Source: Eledone cirrhosa
Lineage: Eukaryota
NCBI GenBank assembly: GCA_964016885.1
Contig: OZ024750.1
Span: 3,596,001 to 3,660,000 of the forward strand
Direction: 5' to 3'
Length of the DNA: 64,000 nt
Made by a program: the position numbers and the translations under genes. Below the pieces are notes generated by a model, which had not been told where the DNA came from, made no database searches, and saw only the letters and a list, made by a program, of their open reading frames with translations. Shown piece by piece: positions 1 through 13,753 of this stretch. How positions within the stretch are numbered: position 1 is the first letter of the stretch; each line of letters begins with the position of its first letter.

Positions 1-236
1 ACTTTCATGAGATGCTTTCAAATAATAGCCACTACATTAAAAAAACATTTTTTTATCAAGTACAAAATGTAAATCATCATCATCCTCATTTTAACATCTG
101 CTTTCCCTGCTAGCAAGGGTTAGACAGGTCTATATAGACCAAGTCAGGGTTAGACAGGTCTAGATCTAGATAGACCAAGTCAGTACTGAAGCGGTGGCTA
201 CTGATCTCTAAGACAAGCCAGGAATCTGTCGTCCTG

Positions 237-282
<46 letters not shown>

Positions 283-689
283 TATATAAGCCAGGGATCT
301 GTCGTTCCTGTCACCAACCAATTTACAGTATGTACTGAGTGCATTTATAGTGTGGTGTCAGGAAGGATTTCCAGCTATAGAAAGCTTGCCAAACAAAGAG
401 TTGGGGGGACCTTCAGTTGTGTCAAAAACATAACAATCTCCACTGTGTACTCAGTAGAACATGAAACCATAGATATGCAGGACAACAGATCCCTGGCTTG
501 TCTGGGAGGTCAGTAGTCAACTTCAAATTCTACATAAATAAGGTTTGGATTCTTGCCTATTTCTCAGGCATAAAATAGTGGTGGGGTCAGCTTATATTTG
601 AGTATATACAGTAAATATATAATTTCCTATGATCAATAAATAAATCACTAAACATCTTTGCAGCATTGCAGCAATAACCAAAGTAATAG

Positions 690-1075
690 AGAGGAGGGAG
701 CTCCGTGAGATGGGGGTGGACATTGCAGCGAGTGTCTCTGACCATTCTCTGTAGTAACACTTGCTGTTTTGTCCGTGTAGCGCGGTTGAGGCACCGCTCA
801 GACTGGAGTATAGCAACTTGCCCCTCCCCTTTTCCCTTTTTTTTTTCACTACTTAATCCTTTCTTTTTCTCTTTTTCATTTTTTTCTTCTTTTTTTGTTC
901 CCTTTAATATTTTGTTTTGTGTTTTTATTAACTACTGTTCAATCATTTTTATATAATGTCAATGGCCTTCCTTGACATTGTGAAATTTTATATATTGAAT
1001 AAATTCTTTATCATTGACTGTTTTTTCCTCGGCTGAACCTTGATACATAAAGAAACAGCTGTCCTCACTACTTAA
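690..1075 (+). mobile_element. 3' remnant of an RLE-type (CRE-like) non-LTR element
   Basis: WTLQRVSLTILCSN resembles the QRLSxAIQRGN C-terminal motif and is followed by a T-rich UTR. Homologous to about 5520-5720 (-) and 38300-38600 (-). Confidence 0.45.
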
Positions 1076-1759
1076 GATTATATTTGATCTATTGTCCCCT
1101 TTTTTTCTTAGTTCAACCTTATCCAACAAGTCATTTTAATGCTTAATTGAGACTCACAAGTAGAATATATATTTAGGATGTTTTAACATGTCTTCTTAAT
1201 CTGTTATTCGTGCGTAATTTATCAATATCAGAAAGATAAAAGTCTACCCACCTCAAAAGAAATTTAACCCAGATTTGTAAGATATTAAACCATTTATCAA
1301 TAATATGGTCTAGACTGCTTACATCTGCCCCTCTTCTTCTCCTGCATCATTCTGTCAGTTATGGCCATGGCTTATACCCATAGCCATCTTATCTTTGCTG
1401 AAGATATCTTAAGAATTAGAATGGATATGAGGTTGCACTATTTAAGCTATAAGAGATTAGTTTTAAAGAAATTTTCACTATTATGTTAACATGTTAACCA
1501 ACTGGCTCTTGGAAATATTTTGTTGGTTTACTAACCATTCAATGTTATTGAGATATCTTGAGGCCATGAAAATAATGAATAAATTTTACAGCTATATATA
1601 TAATATAATGGGTTTGTATTTTGAATAATACTAACAGTTATATCATTGAGGCTGTGTCAGTTCTCTTTGAATAGCTTTGTATACCTATATACATATGTAT
1701 ATTATTCTAATAATTTATTGGTGGCAATAATTTTAGCCTTTATGTGATCTTTATATTAA

Positions 1760-1966
1760 CTCTTTAGCATTTACATTACTCTGATATATACTATTGTATT
1801 TTCGCAGTAAAGGCTCTATCTCACATAATATCGAATCTGATATTATGATATTATTTATTTTGGGAGCAATACCTTAACATCAGTATGAGTGGTCAGTTAC
1901 AGCCGCTTTGAACAGAAAGAGGTGAGAGAATTCTGGCTGGATACGGCCAGTTTAAATGCTAAAGGG
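1760..1966. mobile_element. piggyBac-type MITE (about 210 bp)
   Basis: TTAA target site on both sides and TIR C(C/T)CTTTAGCATTTA. Other copies at about 3155-3366, 3612-3814, 21692-21899, 25907-26114, 30766-30948, 54438-54610 (partial), 56794-57001, 58393-58612 and 61306-61473. Confidence 0.85.
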
Positions 1967-2667
1967 TTAAATAAGAACTAGTTATATTCTTCTATATTGT
2001 AGAAGAGTATTTCAGTCATATACCTTTGCTTATCTGCCATAAAAATATTAATATTAATTTGTTTCATAAAATACCAAGTGTTTTAATATACACTTCAGTA
2101 GCCACGGGATTCACATGTTATTTTCCTAGAATTCATTTTATTAACATGTAAATTTATTCACACTTATTTTGCTTCAGAAGAGTTTTTGTTTCTAGCAACA
2201 AAATGACAGTAGGAAATTCCATTTCTCAGTGTTTAGTTTTGTTTTCATCTGTCAATAGAAAAACAGAGAGAGAGAAGAATGCTTTTTCTAGAAACCCTTC
2301 ATGTACTTCAGTGTATTTGTTTTGTTTAGAGAGAGAGTTGCATCTCTCTTCTGAGTTTGTATGGAAGTGCCTCTTCTGGCAATTCAGTTTGGCCAGAGAG
2401 AGAGAGGAAAAACAGCTGTCTCTGTTGCAATGCTGACAAGTACTTCATAAATGCGCAATTATGGATGCAGATGTTGTTGACAGATTTCCTTTGTGTAGAT
2501 GTGCAGATGCATGTGTGTTGTGTGTGTCTTATACTGTTACATTAGAAATATAACCTAACTTGCTTATCTAAATTCTATCTATGACCTGCTCTCATTGATC
2601 TTCTCTTTACCATTCACTCCTCTCTAGAGGTTGTTATGGTTATAATGTCATTATTTAGACAATATAT

Positions 2668-2813
2668 ATTTATTAAAATAACAGATTAAAGTTTAAGCAA
2701 AAGAATCTGTTATTTTAATAAATATTTGCTCTAGGGTTCTTATATATTTGATATATATATTTATCCTTATTGAGCCTTCTTGGATTTTAGTCTTCACATT
2801 TATTATTATTACT
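2668..2813. mobile_element. Fold-back element family C, short copy
   Basis: tttattaaaataacagatt...aatctgttattttaataaa hairpin plus the same tail as 45120-45219, in (TA)n. Confidence 0.55.
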
Positions 2814-5062
2814 ATATATATATATATATATACTGTATATACACATATATACATACATATTGGTACCATGCTAATTTCACAGATCAACACTTATGCTGCC
2901 AGCTAGATTTTTATGTGATATTAAAAACAAGGAAGTTGGCAGAAATTGTTTTTGTATACATTTGGAAAAGGTTCAGAATTAACCTTTTCATTACCACATT
3001 TCTAATGAAAGACAGTCCTATGATTTCCAAACATCTTTGAAAATAATTAAATATTTTGAGAGATTTAGCAAAATAACTAGCTTACTCATTATTAACCCTA
3101 TAGATGTGAGAGAAAGACAGAGCTTGGACGAACTAAGGGAGAAGCTAGGTTTAACCTTTTAGCATTTACATAACTCTATATATATATACTATTGTATTTT
3201 CACAGTAAAGGCTCTATCTCACATAATATCGAATTTACGAGATTTTGATATTATTTATTTTGAGAATAATACCTTAACACCTGTATTAGCAGCCAGTTAC
3301 GGCTGGTTTAAAGAGAAAGAGGTGAGAGAATTCTGGCCGGATATGGCTGGTTTAAATGCTAGAGGATTAAGCTAATGTTTGGAACATTTGCAACAAAGGT
3401 TCACATTTGCAATAAAGCAGCGATGTATTTATTTTGCATGATTTTTTTAATATGAAATCGTGTGATGAAACAGATATTGTTATATTTGGGGAGGGTCAGG
3501 TTGCCAGAATATTTTTTGGCAATATTAGGACTACATGACCCTCCCCAAATATAACAATATTCTTTCATAAAATTATGGTAGAATGTTTTTAGATAAATAT
3601 AAATACTTTAACTCTTTAGCATTTAAACCAGCTGTATCTGGCCAGAATTCTCTCACTTCTCTCTGTTCAAACCGGCCGTAAATGGCCGTTCATACTGATG
3701 TTAAATTACTGTTCTCGAAATAAGTATAAAAATCTCGTAGATTCGCTATTATGTGAGATAGTGTTTACCATGAAATTACAATAGAAAATATAGAGTAATG
3801 TAAATGCTAAAGGGTTAAAATAAAGTCTTGTATTGTAGAATCAAGGGTGGGTTCAAACAATTTGATATGAAAGGGGTTTAACATAAACAAAGTTTATTGT
3901 TAGCTCAGACATTAATTTCAGCTGGAGTTTATCTCAATAAATTTATCAATTTGTGTAAACATTTACATTAAATGTTTCACGTAGCCATCATTAAATAACA
4001 ATTATCATTTGTTCAAGGATAGTCATTTGAATAGACACATGATGGTTTGTGTGAGCATAAATGGGTTAGCATGAACTGAATAAAAAGAGGGCAATGTTGA
4101 TGTGGGTATGATAACAATGTTGATGTTGATGTGATAGGGAGATTAAAAAACATTTAGAGTAGGGTCTTTTGTTGAAGAAATGGGACCAAACTAAGAAGAC
4201 ATCTGTTAATTAATAACATTTCTTATCTCAGCACACACACACACACACACACACATATTTATTATAAGAACAGATTAAAATTCAAGCAAAGAATCGCTGC
4301 TTTCATCCTTAATGGGATATATGTATATATCTGTATATATATCATCATCATCATCATCATTTAACATCTGCTTTCCCTGCTAGCAAGGGTTGGTTGAAGG
4401 GTCTGCATTCTGCTTATGTACTGTTTATATATACGTGTGTGTGTGTGCCATGTGTAGCCTGGTTTTCAGAATAGGTACACCATGTCTATTTCAACCATAT
4501 ATATATGTGTGTGTAAGGAGGGGAGTAGAGCTATTTATTGTAAAATTTGGATTTTCTCCACAAATCTACAGGGGCAAGTAAAAGTAAGATTCATTCAACT
4601 ACATTCTGTAAAAGAAACTGCCAAAATTGCTATTTTTACTATATTGCTGTTTTCTTTGTTATACAGTTCCTTTCGTTTCATTCATAATAAATAATTGACA
4701 CTTTTCAGAAGACAAGAATGATTAAAAGTCAAATTCAAATACCGTATATACCTGAATATAAGCTGACCCCACTATTTTATGTCTGAGAAATGGGCAAAAA
4801 TTCCAACCTTATTTACACAAAATTTGACGACCCTCACAAGAATAAGTGGGCAAAGAAGACAAAACTAAGTTATGTTCCAAACATCAACTTAATGAGAAAG
4901 TTAGTTATATTATTAAACCCCTTTAAACTATTATTTTCAAAGTTATTTGAAAATCATTGGCAATGCCTTTCATTAAATGACTTAAGTTGCATTTATTGTA
5001 CATAGCAGTCTTTTGTTTAAATAAAGTATGAGACATTTTAAATGTGATCCTTATTTGTCTAG

Positions 5063-5138
5063 ACAACCTCTCTGTTGCCACTGAGTGAACATATGGTGGC
5101 AACCTCTCTGTTGCCACTGAGTGAACATATGGTGGCAA
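5063..5138. repeat. 36 bp tandem duplication
   Basis: caacctctctgttgccactgagtgaacatatggtgg occurs twice. Confidence 0.9.
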
Positions 5139-5519
5139 TCTGAAATAGAGGATAGAGAGGGGGTTTTCATCTTGTCAAGGCCAAGATAATTTATCTAATG
5201 TTGATGCATGCTAAAATGCACCCCATATATTCTATAAAGTGATTGGAATGCATGAGATATGGCCATGCACACATGCAAACATACGTGTGTGTGTGTGTGA
5301 GAGTTTTTATGAGAAACATAAAGAACCTTTAAAACGTCCATGTTACTGAAAGCATTGTTTTTAATTACAGACTAACATTAAAGTTAGAAATAGAAAAACC
5401 AGGCTTCTGATTGGTTGTTTCATAAGATTATTTCTTTAGTGACAAATGAAAGATGATTCCTTTATCTGTTGGGTCATAAATAACAACACCAAGAAAAATA
5501 AAACACACTAATAAAGGGA

Positions 5520-5730
5520 ACAAAAAATAATAGAAAATGAAAAGAAGAAAAAGAAAAAAAGGATCAAGAAACGAAAGGGAGAGGGGGAAGGACAGACACT
5601 ACACCCCAGTGTGAATGGTGCCTCAGCCATGCCCTGCGGACAAAATGGCAATGGCGTTACTACAGAAAATGGCAAGGGACACCTGCTAAAACAGCCACCT
5701 CACGGGGCTTCCTCCTCAAACAGGCCACTG
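5520..5730 (-). mobile_element. RLE-type (CRE-like) 3' remnant, copy 2
   Basis: gaggaggaagccccgtgagg...cagcaggtgtcccttgccatttt-like segment colinear with 690-830. Confidence 0.45.
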
Positions 5731-7542
5731 TCTTTCTGATTTTATGGAGGAAATCTGCAGTGCAGAGACCAAGGACACCAGAGGTCTCGACGGAGACCGA
5801 TACAAATAGGAAATGGTTGAACAGGCCCCGGTATTTAATTATCTTCCTCACAAAGAATATTTCCACAATCTGAAACTTAGATTCTTGGAACTTGCCAATG
5901 TTTGCATTGGTAAACATTTCTAGTTAAAACCGTTTCCATCAACATATATTTGATCAGCTGTCAGATTAGATTCCATGATAAGCTCATAAAACATAGCATT
6001 GTATTCCATATCTGCTGCTGACTTTCCTCAATGTCTTTCGTCTGTAATATCCAATTTCCATCCATTTTCTCTTTAGCTTCGGTTAAAATCATTGTGTCAG
6101 ATATAAGTACGAGAGGGCATGTGACTTACTGGTAAGTGGGTTGAACTTATGACCATAGTATTGTGGGTTCAATTCCTGGACTGGGTTATGTGTTGTGTTC
6201 TTGAACAATACACTTTATTTTACATTACTGCAGTACACTCAGCTAAAAATGAGCCCTGGCAATAGTGTTGAAGCAGGATGATATCGAAAGGGTTAAGGTT
6301 GTATAAACAAAACCCAATGTTCCGATGTTACACAGTAATTAATACATGTTTATTTATGCTCGTTCTATTTTTTTAACGATATCTAGTTTATCTCTAAGTT
6401 TCAATGTAGTTTCCTTTCATTTTTTTTTGGTAATTTTACGCCTTACAATGAAGTTTTTTGATAAAAAAAGAAAATATTTGAAATAAAGATCTAGTCATTT
6501 CTTATGTTACTTGCATGGCATTCACTCTAGAAATAGTAACAGCAAACATCAACAAACTACTGGGTAGCTGGTCATTCATTTTAGAGTATCTCAATTTATA
6601 AAGGTACCTTCTTCAGATTAGATTTTCTCTTGTTCTTGTTGACATTAATCCAGTGTATTACTGGTATGACTACAAACATGTCAGCCATCACAGATTTTGA
6701 TCTTTGTCTTTTTATTTCCATTCTCACGGTTGGATTTGTGTGTGTTTGTGTCTGTCTGTCTGTCTGTCTGTGTGTCTGTCTGTCTGTCTCTGTGTGTCTG
6801 TATGTCTGTGTGTGTGCCTGTGCATTTGTATGTGTGATAATTTATTTAATTCAAACTGTTCTTTTCATGTGTGAATGAATAAGAGAAGGTGAGGGGGAGA
6901 GAGATTGGGAGAGGGGAGCGAGAGAGATGCCAACAGCCTTGTTTGTTTATCAATGAATCACTGGTCACTGTTGTTCCTGTGTATTTTTTTGCTTGCAACT
7001 TTGACATGAAAATTAAATCTCTTCTGTGAACCTAGGCAGATGAAACTCACTCTCAAGCTATTCTCAACTTTCTAATCACTACAAATGCAGATCAATTGAT
7101 AGGCAACTTTTGTCCTCTTCCTAAACTATATATTGAATTAGAAATGAAATGTGACTCATTGAATCTCTGTTGGAAGCCATCTGTCAAGAAAATTAACCAC
7201 TGGAAGCAATCCAAAGCCCCTTCCAATATAACAGTGTCCAGTTTTAGGTGGTTTACTTAGTCATAAAGTAATATAATCCTGTGAAAACACATTTTGAACC
7301 ACACTGTCATATTGATTAATTGTAATATGTTAAATTGGAATGATGCCAAACGAGCTGTAACGATGGCAATGATAACGATGATGATGATGATAACTCATAT
7401 TGATATTAATGTTGGCTTCTTCGACATTACATCGGAGCATTCATGCAGACATTTATATGTCTATGCTTACATACACAACCTGACACAAGCAACTGCACAC
7501 AAACACAAACTAGATGCATTTCATTGACAGCTTCTGACACTC

Positions 7543-8042
7543 CAACACACACACTGACACACACACACTGACACACACACTGACACACACACTGACACAG
7601 ACACACTGACACAGACACACTGACACAGACACACTGACACAGACACACTGACACAGACACACTGACACTGACACAGACACACTGACACAGACACACTGAC
7701 ACACACACTCACAGACACACTCAGACACACTCACAGACACACTCACAGACACACTCACAGACACACTCACAGACACACTCACAGACACACTCACAGACAC
7801 ACTCACAGACACACTCACAGACACACTCACAGACACACTCACAGACACACTCACAGACACACTCACAGACACACTCACAGACACACTCACAGACACACTC
7901 ACAGACACACTCACAGACACACTCACAGACACACTCACAGACACACTCACAGACACACTCACAGACACACTCACAGACACACTCACAGACACACTCACAG
8001 ACACACTCACAGACACACTCACAGACACACTCACAGACACCA
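7543..8042. repeat. CA-rich minisatellite (10-12 bp units, ACAGACACACTG grading into ACAGACACACTC)
   Basis: Direct reading; about 30 near-perfect 12-mers in the 3' part. Confidence 0.95.
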
Positions 8043-8292
8043 ACACCAACACACATATAAGTCTATTTCTTTGCAGAAATATCCCCTTATGCATATGCAT
8101 GAACATATCTCCCAGGGAGATATATATTCTATTTTATGCATGAACCCCTATTCACACAGGAATTGATATATCCTCTCAGATATCAACATATCTTCCTCTA
8201 TATCCATGCATAGGCAACCCCCTTGCTGGCAAGTAAAACAGATGTTAAATGATGATGATGATGATGTAGTCTTCTCTCTCTATATATATATA

Positions 8293-8483
8293 GGAACAAG
8301 TATGACCCCGACGGCAGAGCTCAAGCCGTTTCGACGGCTAATTCTGCCCAGAATTAGCCGCCGAAACGGCTTGAGCTCTGCCGTCGGGGTCATACTTGTT
8401 CCTATTACCCACTCCACTACCCTAAGTATTGAGTACTTTGGTGCGTTGTGGTCCACCTGGTTCCTTACCACATTTCCTTTGTT
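8293..8483 (+). mobile_element. Fold-back element family A, copy 1 (3' half of a hammerhead)
   Basis: About 55 bp inverted arms containing GAAACGGC-TTGAGCTCT-GCCGTC-GGGGTC, plus an approximately 80 bp tail. (TA)n flanks. Four copies in the window. Confidence 0.7.
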
Positions 8484-9037
8484 ATATATCTATATCTATC
8501 TATCTATATATATATATATATATAAGCCCCTTTTGATTTTATGCCAACATGGATGTCATATTGACTATTTATCAAGGTTGCATCTTTCTTCTACATTTTC
8601 AACTTTGAAGATAGATAGATATCAGTTCATTGATTTACTGGTGAGTCAAGATATTTAAGTCTAAAGTATGTACTAATGAACTAGTCAGCTTCTACTTGTA
8701 CAGTTTTTAATGGAATCACAAAATTAAATGGAAATTATGACAACGTTCATTGGCTTGATTATATATTGTTAGACTTGTTTAGATAAACTATTGTAAAACG
8801 TGTAGAATATTAAACTTTAAACACACCTAAAGGGTGTGCTTACTCTATCAATTGTATGAGGTGTCAGTTACTCAGAGTTTTTCAAATCATGTTACTAAGA
8901 TTGCCACTGATTAATAGTTTAAAATAGCACAATATATCTTCAGTGACCGATAAGACGGTATTTGCTAGATTTAGTTTCTGATTTGAAGCTCTAAATATAG
9001 TAATTTGGAAGAATATGAAGGACTGACATACAGTACA

Positions 9038-9165
9038 ATCATCATCATCACCATCACCACCACCATCATCATTGTCATCACCATCACCACCATCATCATC
9101 ATCATCATCGTCATTGTCATTGTCATTGTCATTGTCATCACCATCACCACCACCATCATCATCGC
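9038..9165. repeat. Compound (CAT)/(CAC)/(CATTGT) repeat expanded from a retroposon tail
   Basis: Directly abuts the tttaacatctatttttc tail motif. Confidence 0.85.
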
Positions 9166-9703
9166 CATTTAACATCTATTTTTCTATGTGTGTATGGGCC
9201 TGACAGGTCGTCCACTTTATGAGACAAGTCTGGGCTAGTTGACCGCGCCGTACCTTGCTCAAACAGAACTGTATTTTGGCTGAGGTCTTTTACAGCTGGA
9301 TACCTTTCTTCCTAACACCAACCACAGAATAAAGTCCAAATAGGATGTGATTCAAATATTGTATTTTTACTTTTTCCAAAGGTAAAATGAGCGCAGGTGT
9401 AGCTAGATAATTTCAAACAGGTATTGGCACTAGAGTAGTTCAGAATAAAATCATTGAGATAAAATATATATGGTGAAGGATATTCAAGGATTAGCAGCAG
9501 TAATAAAAACCAATTCTATTCACTTCTGCATACTTCATTCAAAGAGAAGCACTGGAAATAACAATAATTTTGCAGGAATATGTCAGCTCTATCAATTGTT
9601 ACCTCATTAAGTTCAAGGCAGTTAGTTTTGCTTTAACAAAAATGAACTTCAAAGAAGAATACAAAATGTTTAACAGAAATACAACCAAGTCATGAATTCT
9701 TTA

Positions 9704-10455
9704 ATATATATATGTATATGTGTATATATATGTATGTGTATGTATATATGTATATGTATGTGTATGTATGTGTATGTATATATATGTATATGTGTATGTA
9801 TATATATATATGTATGTGTATGTATATATATATGTATGTGTATGTATATATATATATGTATATGTGTATGTATATATATATATGTGTGTATGTATATATA
9901 TATATATATATATGTGTATGTATATATATATATGTATATGTGTATGTATATATATATATGTATATGTGTATGTATATATGTATATGTGTATGTATATATG
10001 TATATGTGTATGTATATATATATATGTGTATGTATATATATATATGTGTATGTATATATATATATGTATGTATATATATATATGTATGTATATATATATA
10101 TGTATGTATATATATATATGTATGTATATATATATATGTATATGTGTATGTATATATATGTATATGTGTATGTATATATATGTATATGTGTATGTATATA
10201 TATGTATATGTGTATGTATATATATGTATATGTATATATATGTGTATGTATATATATATATATGTATATGTATATATGTATATGTGTATGTATATATATA
10301 TATATGTATATGTATATATGTATATGTGTATGTATATATATGTATATGTGTATGTATATATATGTATATGTGTATGTATATATATGTATATGTATATGTA
10401 TATATGTATGTCATCATTTTACGTCTGCTTTTCCCTGCTTGCAAAGGTGGGATGC

Positions 10456-10501
<46 letters not shown>

Positions 10502-10758
10502 ATATGTATATGTGTGTGTGTGTATATGTGTGTGTGTATATATGTATATGTGTGTGTATATATGTGTGTGTGTATATATGTATATGTGTGTGTGTATATA
10601 TGTATATGTGTGTGTGTATATATGTATATGTGTGTGTGTATATATGTATGTGTGTGTGTATATATGTGTGTGTGTGTGTATATATGTATATGTTGTGTAT
10701 ATATGTATATGTTGTGTATATATGTATATGTACATGTGTGTGTATATATATATATATA

Positions 10759-10797
<39 letters not shown>

Positions 10798-11795
10798 ATA
10801 TATATATATGTGTGTGTATATATATATATATGTGTGTGTATATATATATATGTGTGTGTGTATATATATATATGTGTGTGTATATATATATATATGTGTG
10901 TGTATATATATATATGTGTGTATATATATATATATATATGTGTGTGTATATATATATATATATATATGTGTGTATATATATATATATATATGTGTGTGTA
11001 TATATATATATATGTGTGTGTATATATATATATATGTGTGTGTATATATATATATATGTGTGTGTATATATATATATATATATGTGTGTATATATATATA
11101 TATGTGTGTGTATATATATATATATATATGTGTGTGTATATATATATATATATATGTGTGTGTATATATATATATATGTGTGTGTATATATATATATATG
11201 TGTGTGTATATATATATATATGTGTGTGTATATATATATATATATGTGTGTATATATATATATATATGTGTGTGTATATATATATATATATATGTGTGTG
11301 TGTATATATATATATATGTGTGTGTATATATATATATGTGTGTGTATATATATATATGTGTGTGTATATATGTGTATATATATATGTATGTGTATATATA
11401 TATGTATGTGTATATATATATGTATGTGTATATATATGTATGTGTATATATATATGTATGTGTATATATGTATGTATGTGTATATATATATGTATGTGTA
11501 TATATGTATATGTGTGTATATATGTATATGTGTGTATATATGTATATGTGTGTATATATGTATATGTGTGTATATATGTATATGTGTGTATATATGTATA
11601 TGTGTATATATATGTATATGTGTATATATATGTATATATATGTATATATGTGTATATATATGTATATATATGTATATGTGTATATATATGTGTATATATG
11701 TATATGTGTATATATGTGTATATATGTATATGTGTATATATATGTATATGTGTATATATATGTATATATGTATATGTGTATATATATATATATAT
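9704..11795. repeat. About 2.1 kb compound (TA)/(TG) microsatellite
   Basis: Almost pure alternating purine-pyrimidine sequence, interrupted at about 10411-10456 by a SINE/RTE tail fragment. Confidence 0.97.
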
Positions 11796-11865
11796 CAGGG
11801 CATACAGACGCTTTAAGCATCCAACACCAATTATATATATATATATATATATATATTCATACATA

Positions 11866-11963
11866 CAGGGTGGCCAAAAAATGTATACATACTTCAACAG
11901 CATTCTAATAAATATTGCCTGTACAGGTAATCAAAGTGTGTATACATTTTTCGGGACACCCTG
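11866..11963. mobile_element. Tc1-type MITE (about 100 bp)
   Basis: TA-CAGGGTGGCCAAAAAATGTATACA...TGTATACATTTTTCGGGACACCCTG-TA. A second copy lies at about 18843-18971. Confidence 0.8.
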
Positions 11964-12754
11964 TATATATATATATATAGCTATTTTTGTAGGTTCTAAT
12001 AAATTTGAATAAATTAAATAAAAATAAAACAATAATTAAAGTCTTTAATGAAATTAAGACATCTTCAGTGTTCCTGTTTTTTCTTTAATTTTTAGCATAA
12101 ATATATTTAGTGCTATAAATAAAATTCACATGCATCTGGAAGTATTGTTCTGATTTTTTTTTTTTTTTTTTTTTTAGTCTACTATAGCTCACCTGTCTTA
12201 AGGCATCATTAGAAGAAAAAAGCTGGTGTGTTAATTAGTCTGATTTGGATTTAAAACTAAAATAATAATACAACTCTCTCTGGTAATCAGATTAGCCTCA
12301 GATTGCAAACCATTGTAAAAAAAAAAAAAGTTATAAGAAACTAAATGCTTCAGCTAATCATAATTTAATTAATCAAAGGTGTGTGTAGTTCTTGTCTGGT
12401 ATACGACAGAGGTCGGCTGGAAATTTCATAGCCTGACTATAAAGGAGTGATGCTAGAGCTGTGAAATCTTACATGCATTAATTTCAACTCTTTCTTATTA
12501 ATAACTGCATTTTCTTTCCAGGGACTATGTTGAAAAGTAAACCTCATTTTGTTAATTCCTTGAGAGGATCTTGGTCAGCCTATCAACTTTTTCAGCCAAC
12601 TCTTGTTAATGCTACAAAATCAAAAATGAAAAAAATGGAGGATTCTTGTAATATATAGTGGAGATAAAATAGAAATATTTATTGATGTCATCTCAGAATG
12701 TTCGTGCTAGGCTGTCGGACTGCGTACTTTATCTAATAATTCACTGAATCACCT

Positions 12755-12794
<40 letters not shown>

Positions 12795-13049
12795 GAGTGG
12801 ACATCGGCTATGTAAATGTCATTTTTATCTGTTCCCTTGTCTTTAGAGAGGATTGCTTCAAAAACGTAACCTTATTACATAATGATGCTGTCTGATGAGA
12901 TCACGTAACCAGTTTCATGATTGAACAATCATGTAACCATGATTGTCATTGAAATATGTATCATAGCTTTATTAACAAAGGACTCTTTAACAGCTACACC
13001 AAACTTCACATTTTCCTTATTCTCTCTCGATATATATATATATATATAT

Positions 13050-13250
13050 AACGAAGGAAATGTGGTAAGGAACCAGGTGGACCATAACGCACCAAAGTAC
13101 TCAATACTTGAGGTAGTAGAGTGGGTAATAGGAACCAGTAAGACCCCGACAGCTGAGCTCAAGCCGTTTCGACGGCTAATTCTGGACTCTTGAGTCCAGA
13201 ATTAGCCGTCGAAACGGCTTGAGCTCAGCTGTCGGGGTCTTACTGGTTCC
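13050..13250 (-). mobile_element. Fold-back element family A, copy 2
   Basis: Same tail and hairpin, apex CTGGACTCT|TGAGTCCAG, (TA)n flanks. Confidence 0.7.
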
Positions 13251-13277
13251 TATATATATATATATATATATATATAT

Positions 13278-13406
13278 AGATGAGATTCTGCAGGACTAGA
13301 ACAGTTCTAGTCCTGTAGAATCTCATCTATATTAAAACTTTTATACTCTATGTATTATTGAGTACCTTACTTACTGTGGTTACCTCCGATTCAACCCGGA
13401 ATATCT

Positions 13407-13410
<4 letters not shown>
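13278..13410 (+). mobile_element. Fold-back element family B, truncated at GAAAC
   Basis: Hairpin gatgagattctgcaggactagaac/gttctagtcctgtagaatctcatc plus tail ttactgtggttacctccgattcaacccggaat, between (TA)n tracts. Confidence 0.6.
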
Positions 13411-13477
<67 letters not shown>

Positions 13478-13478
13478 T

Positions 13479-13514
<36 letters not shown>

Positions 13515-13753
13515 CACATTACACATATATATATAATGTGTGTGTGTGTGTATTGTAGTTTCTGAAACTGAGATTCAAACTATAAAACAAGGCATGATAA
13601 AAATATGAAAAGAGTTAGAGGGGTTGAAAAAAAATCTCTGCTAAAAAAAATGCGTGCTTGAAATTGTTCATTGTTTTATATTTATAACTACATATAATAT
13701 ATTTCCATTGTATTGATACTTTTATCTTTAATTTTGCTATTGTTTCTTTGTAG

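Noticed and set aside
4482-4694. Hydrophobic ORF as candidate AGPAT first exon
   Set aside because: No convincing homology and no in-phase splice donor before the stop.
7427-8106. Poly-SV and CECV ORFs
   Set aside because: By-product of the 12 bp minisatellite.
8206-8658. Recurrent peptide TPTAELKPFRRLIL in several ORFs
   Set aside because: Translation of the non-coding family A hairpin; it appears on both strands because of the palindrome.
9692-12012. Very long ORFs (up to 766 aa) of Y/I/C/V/M/H/T
   Set aside because: These are translations of the TA/TG microsatellite, open in multiple frames on both strands and not protein-like.
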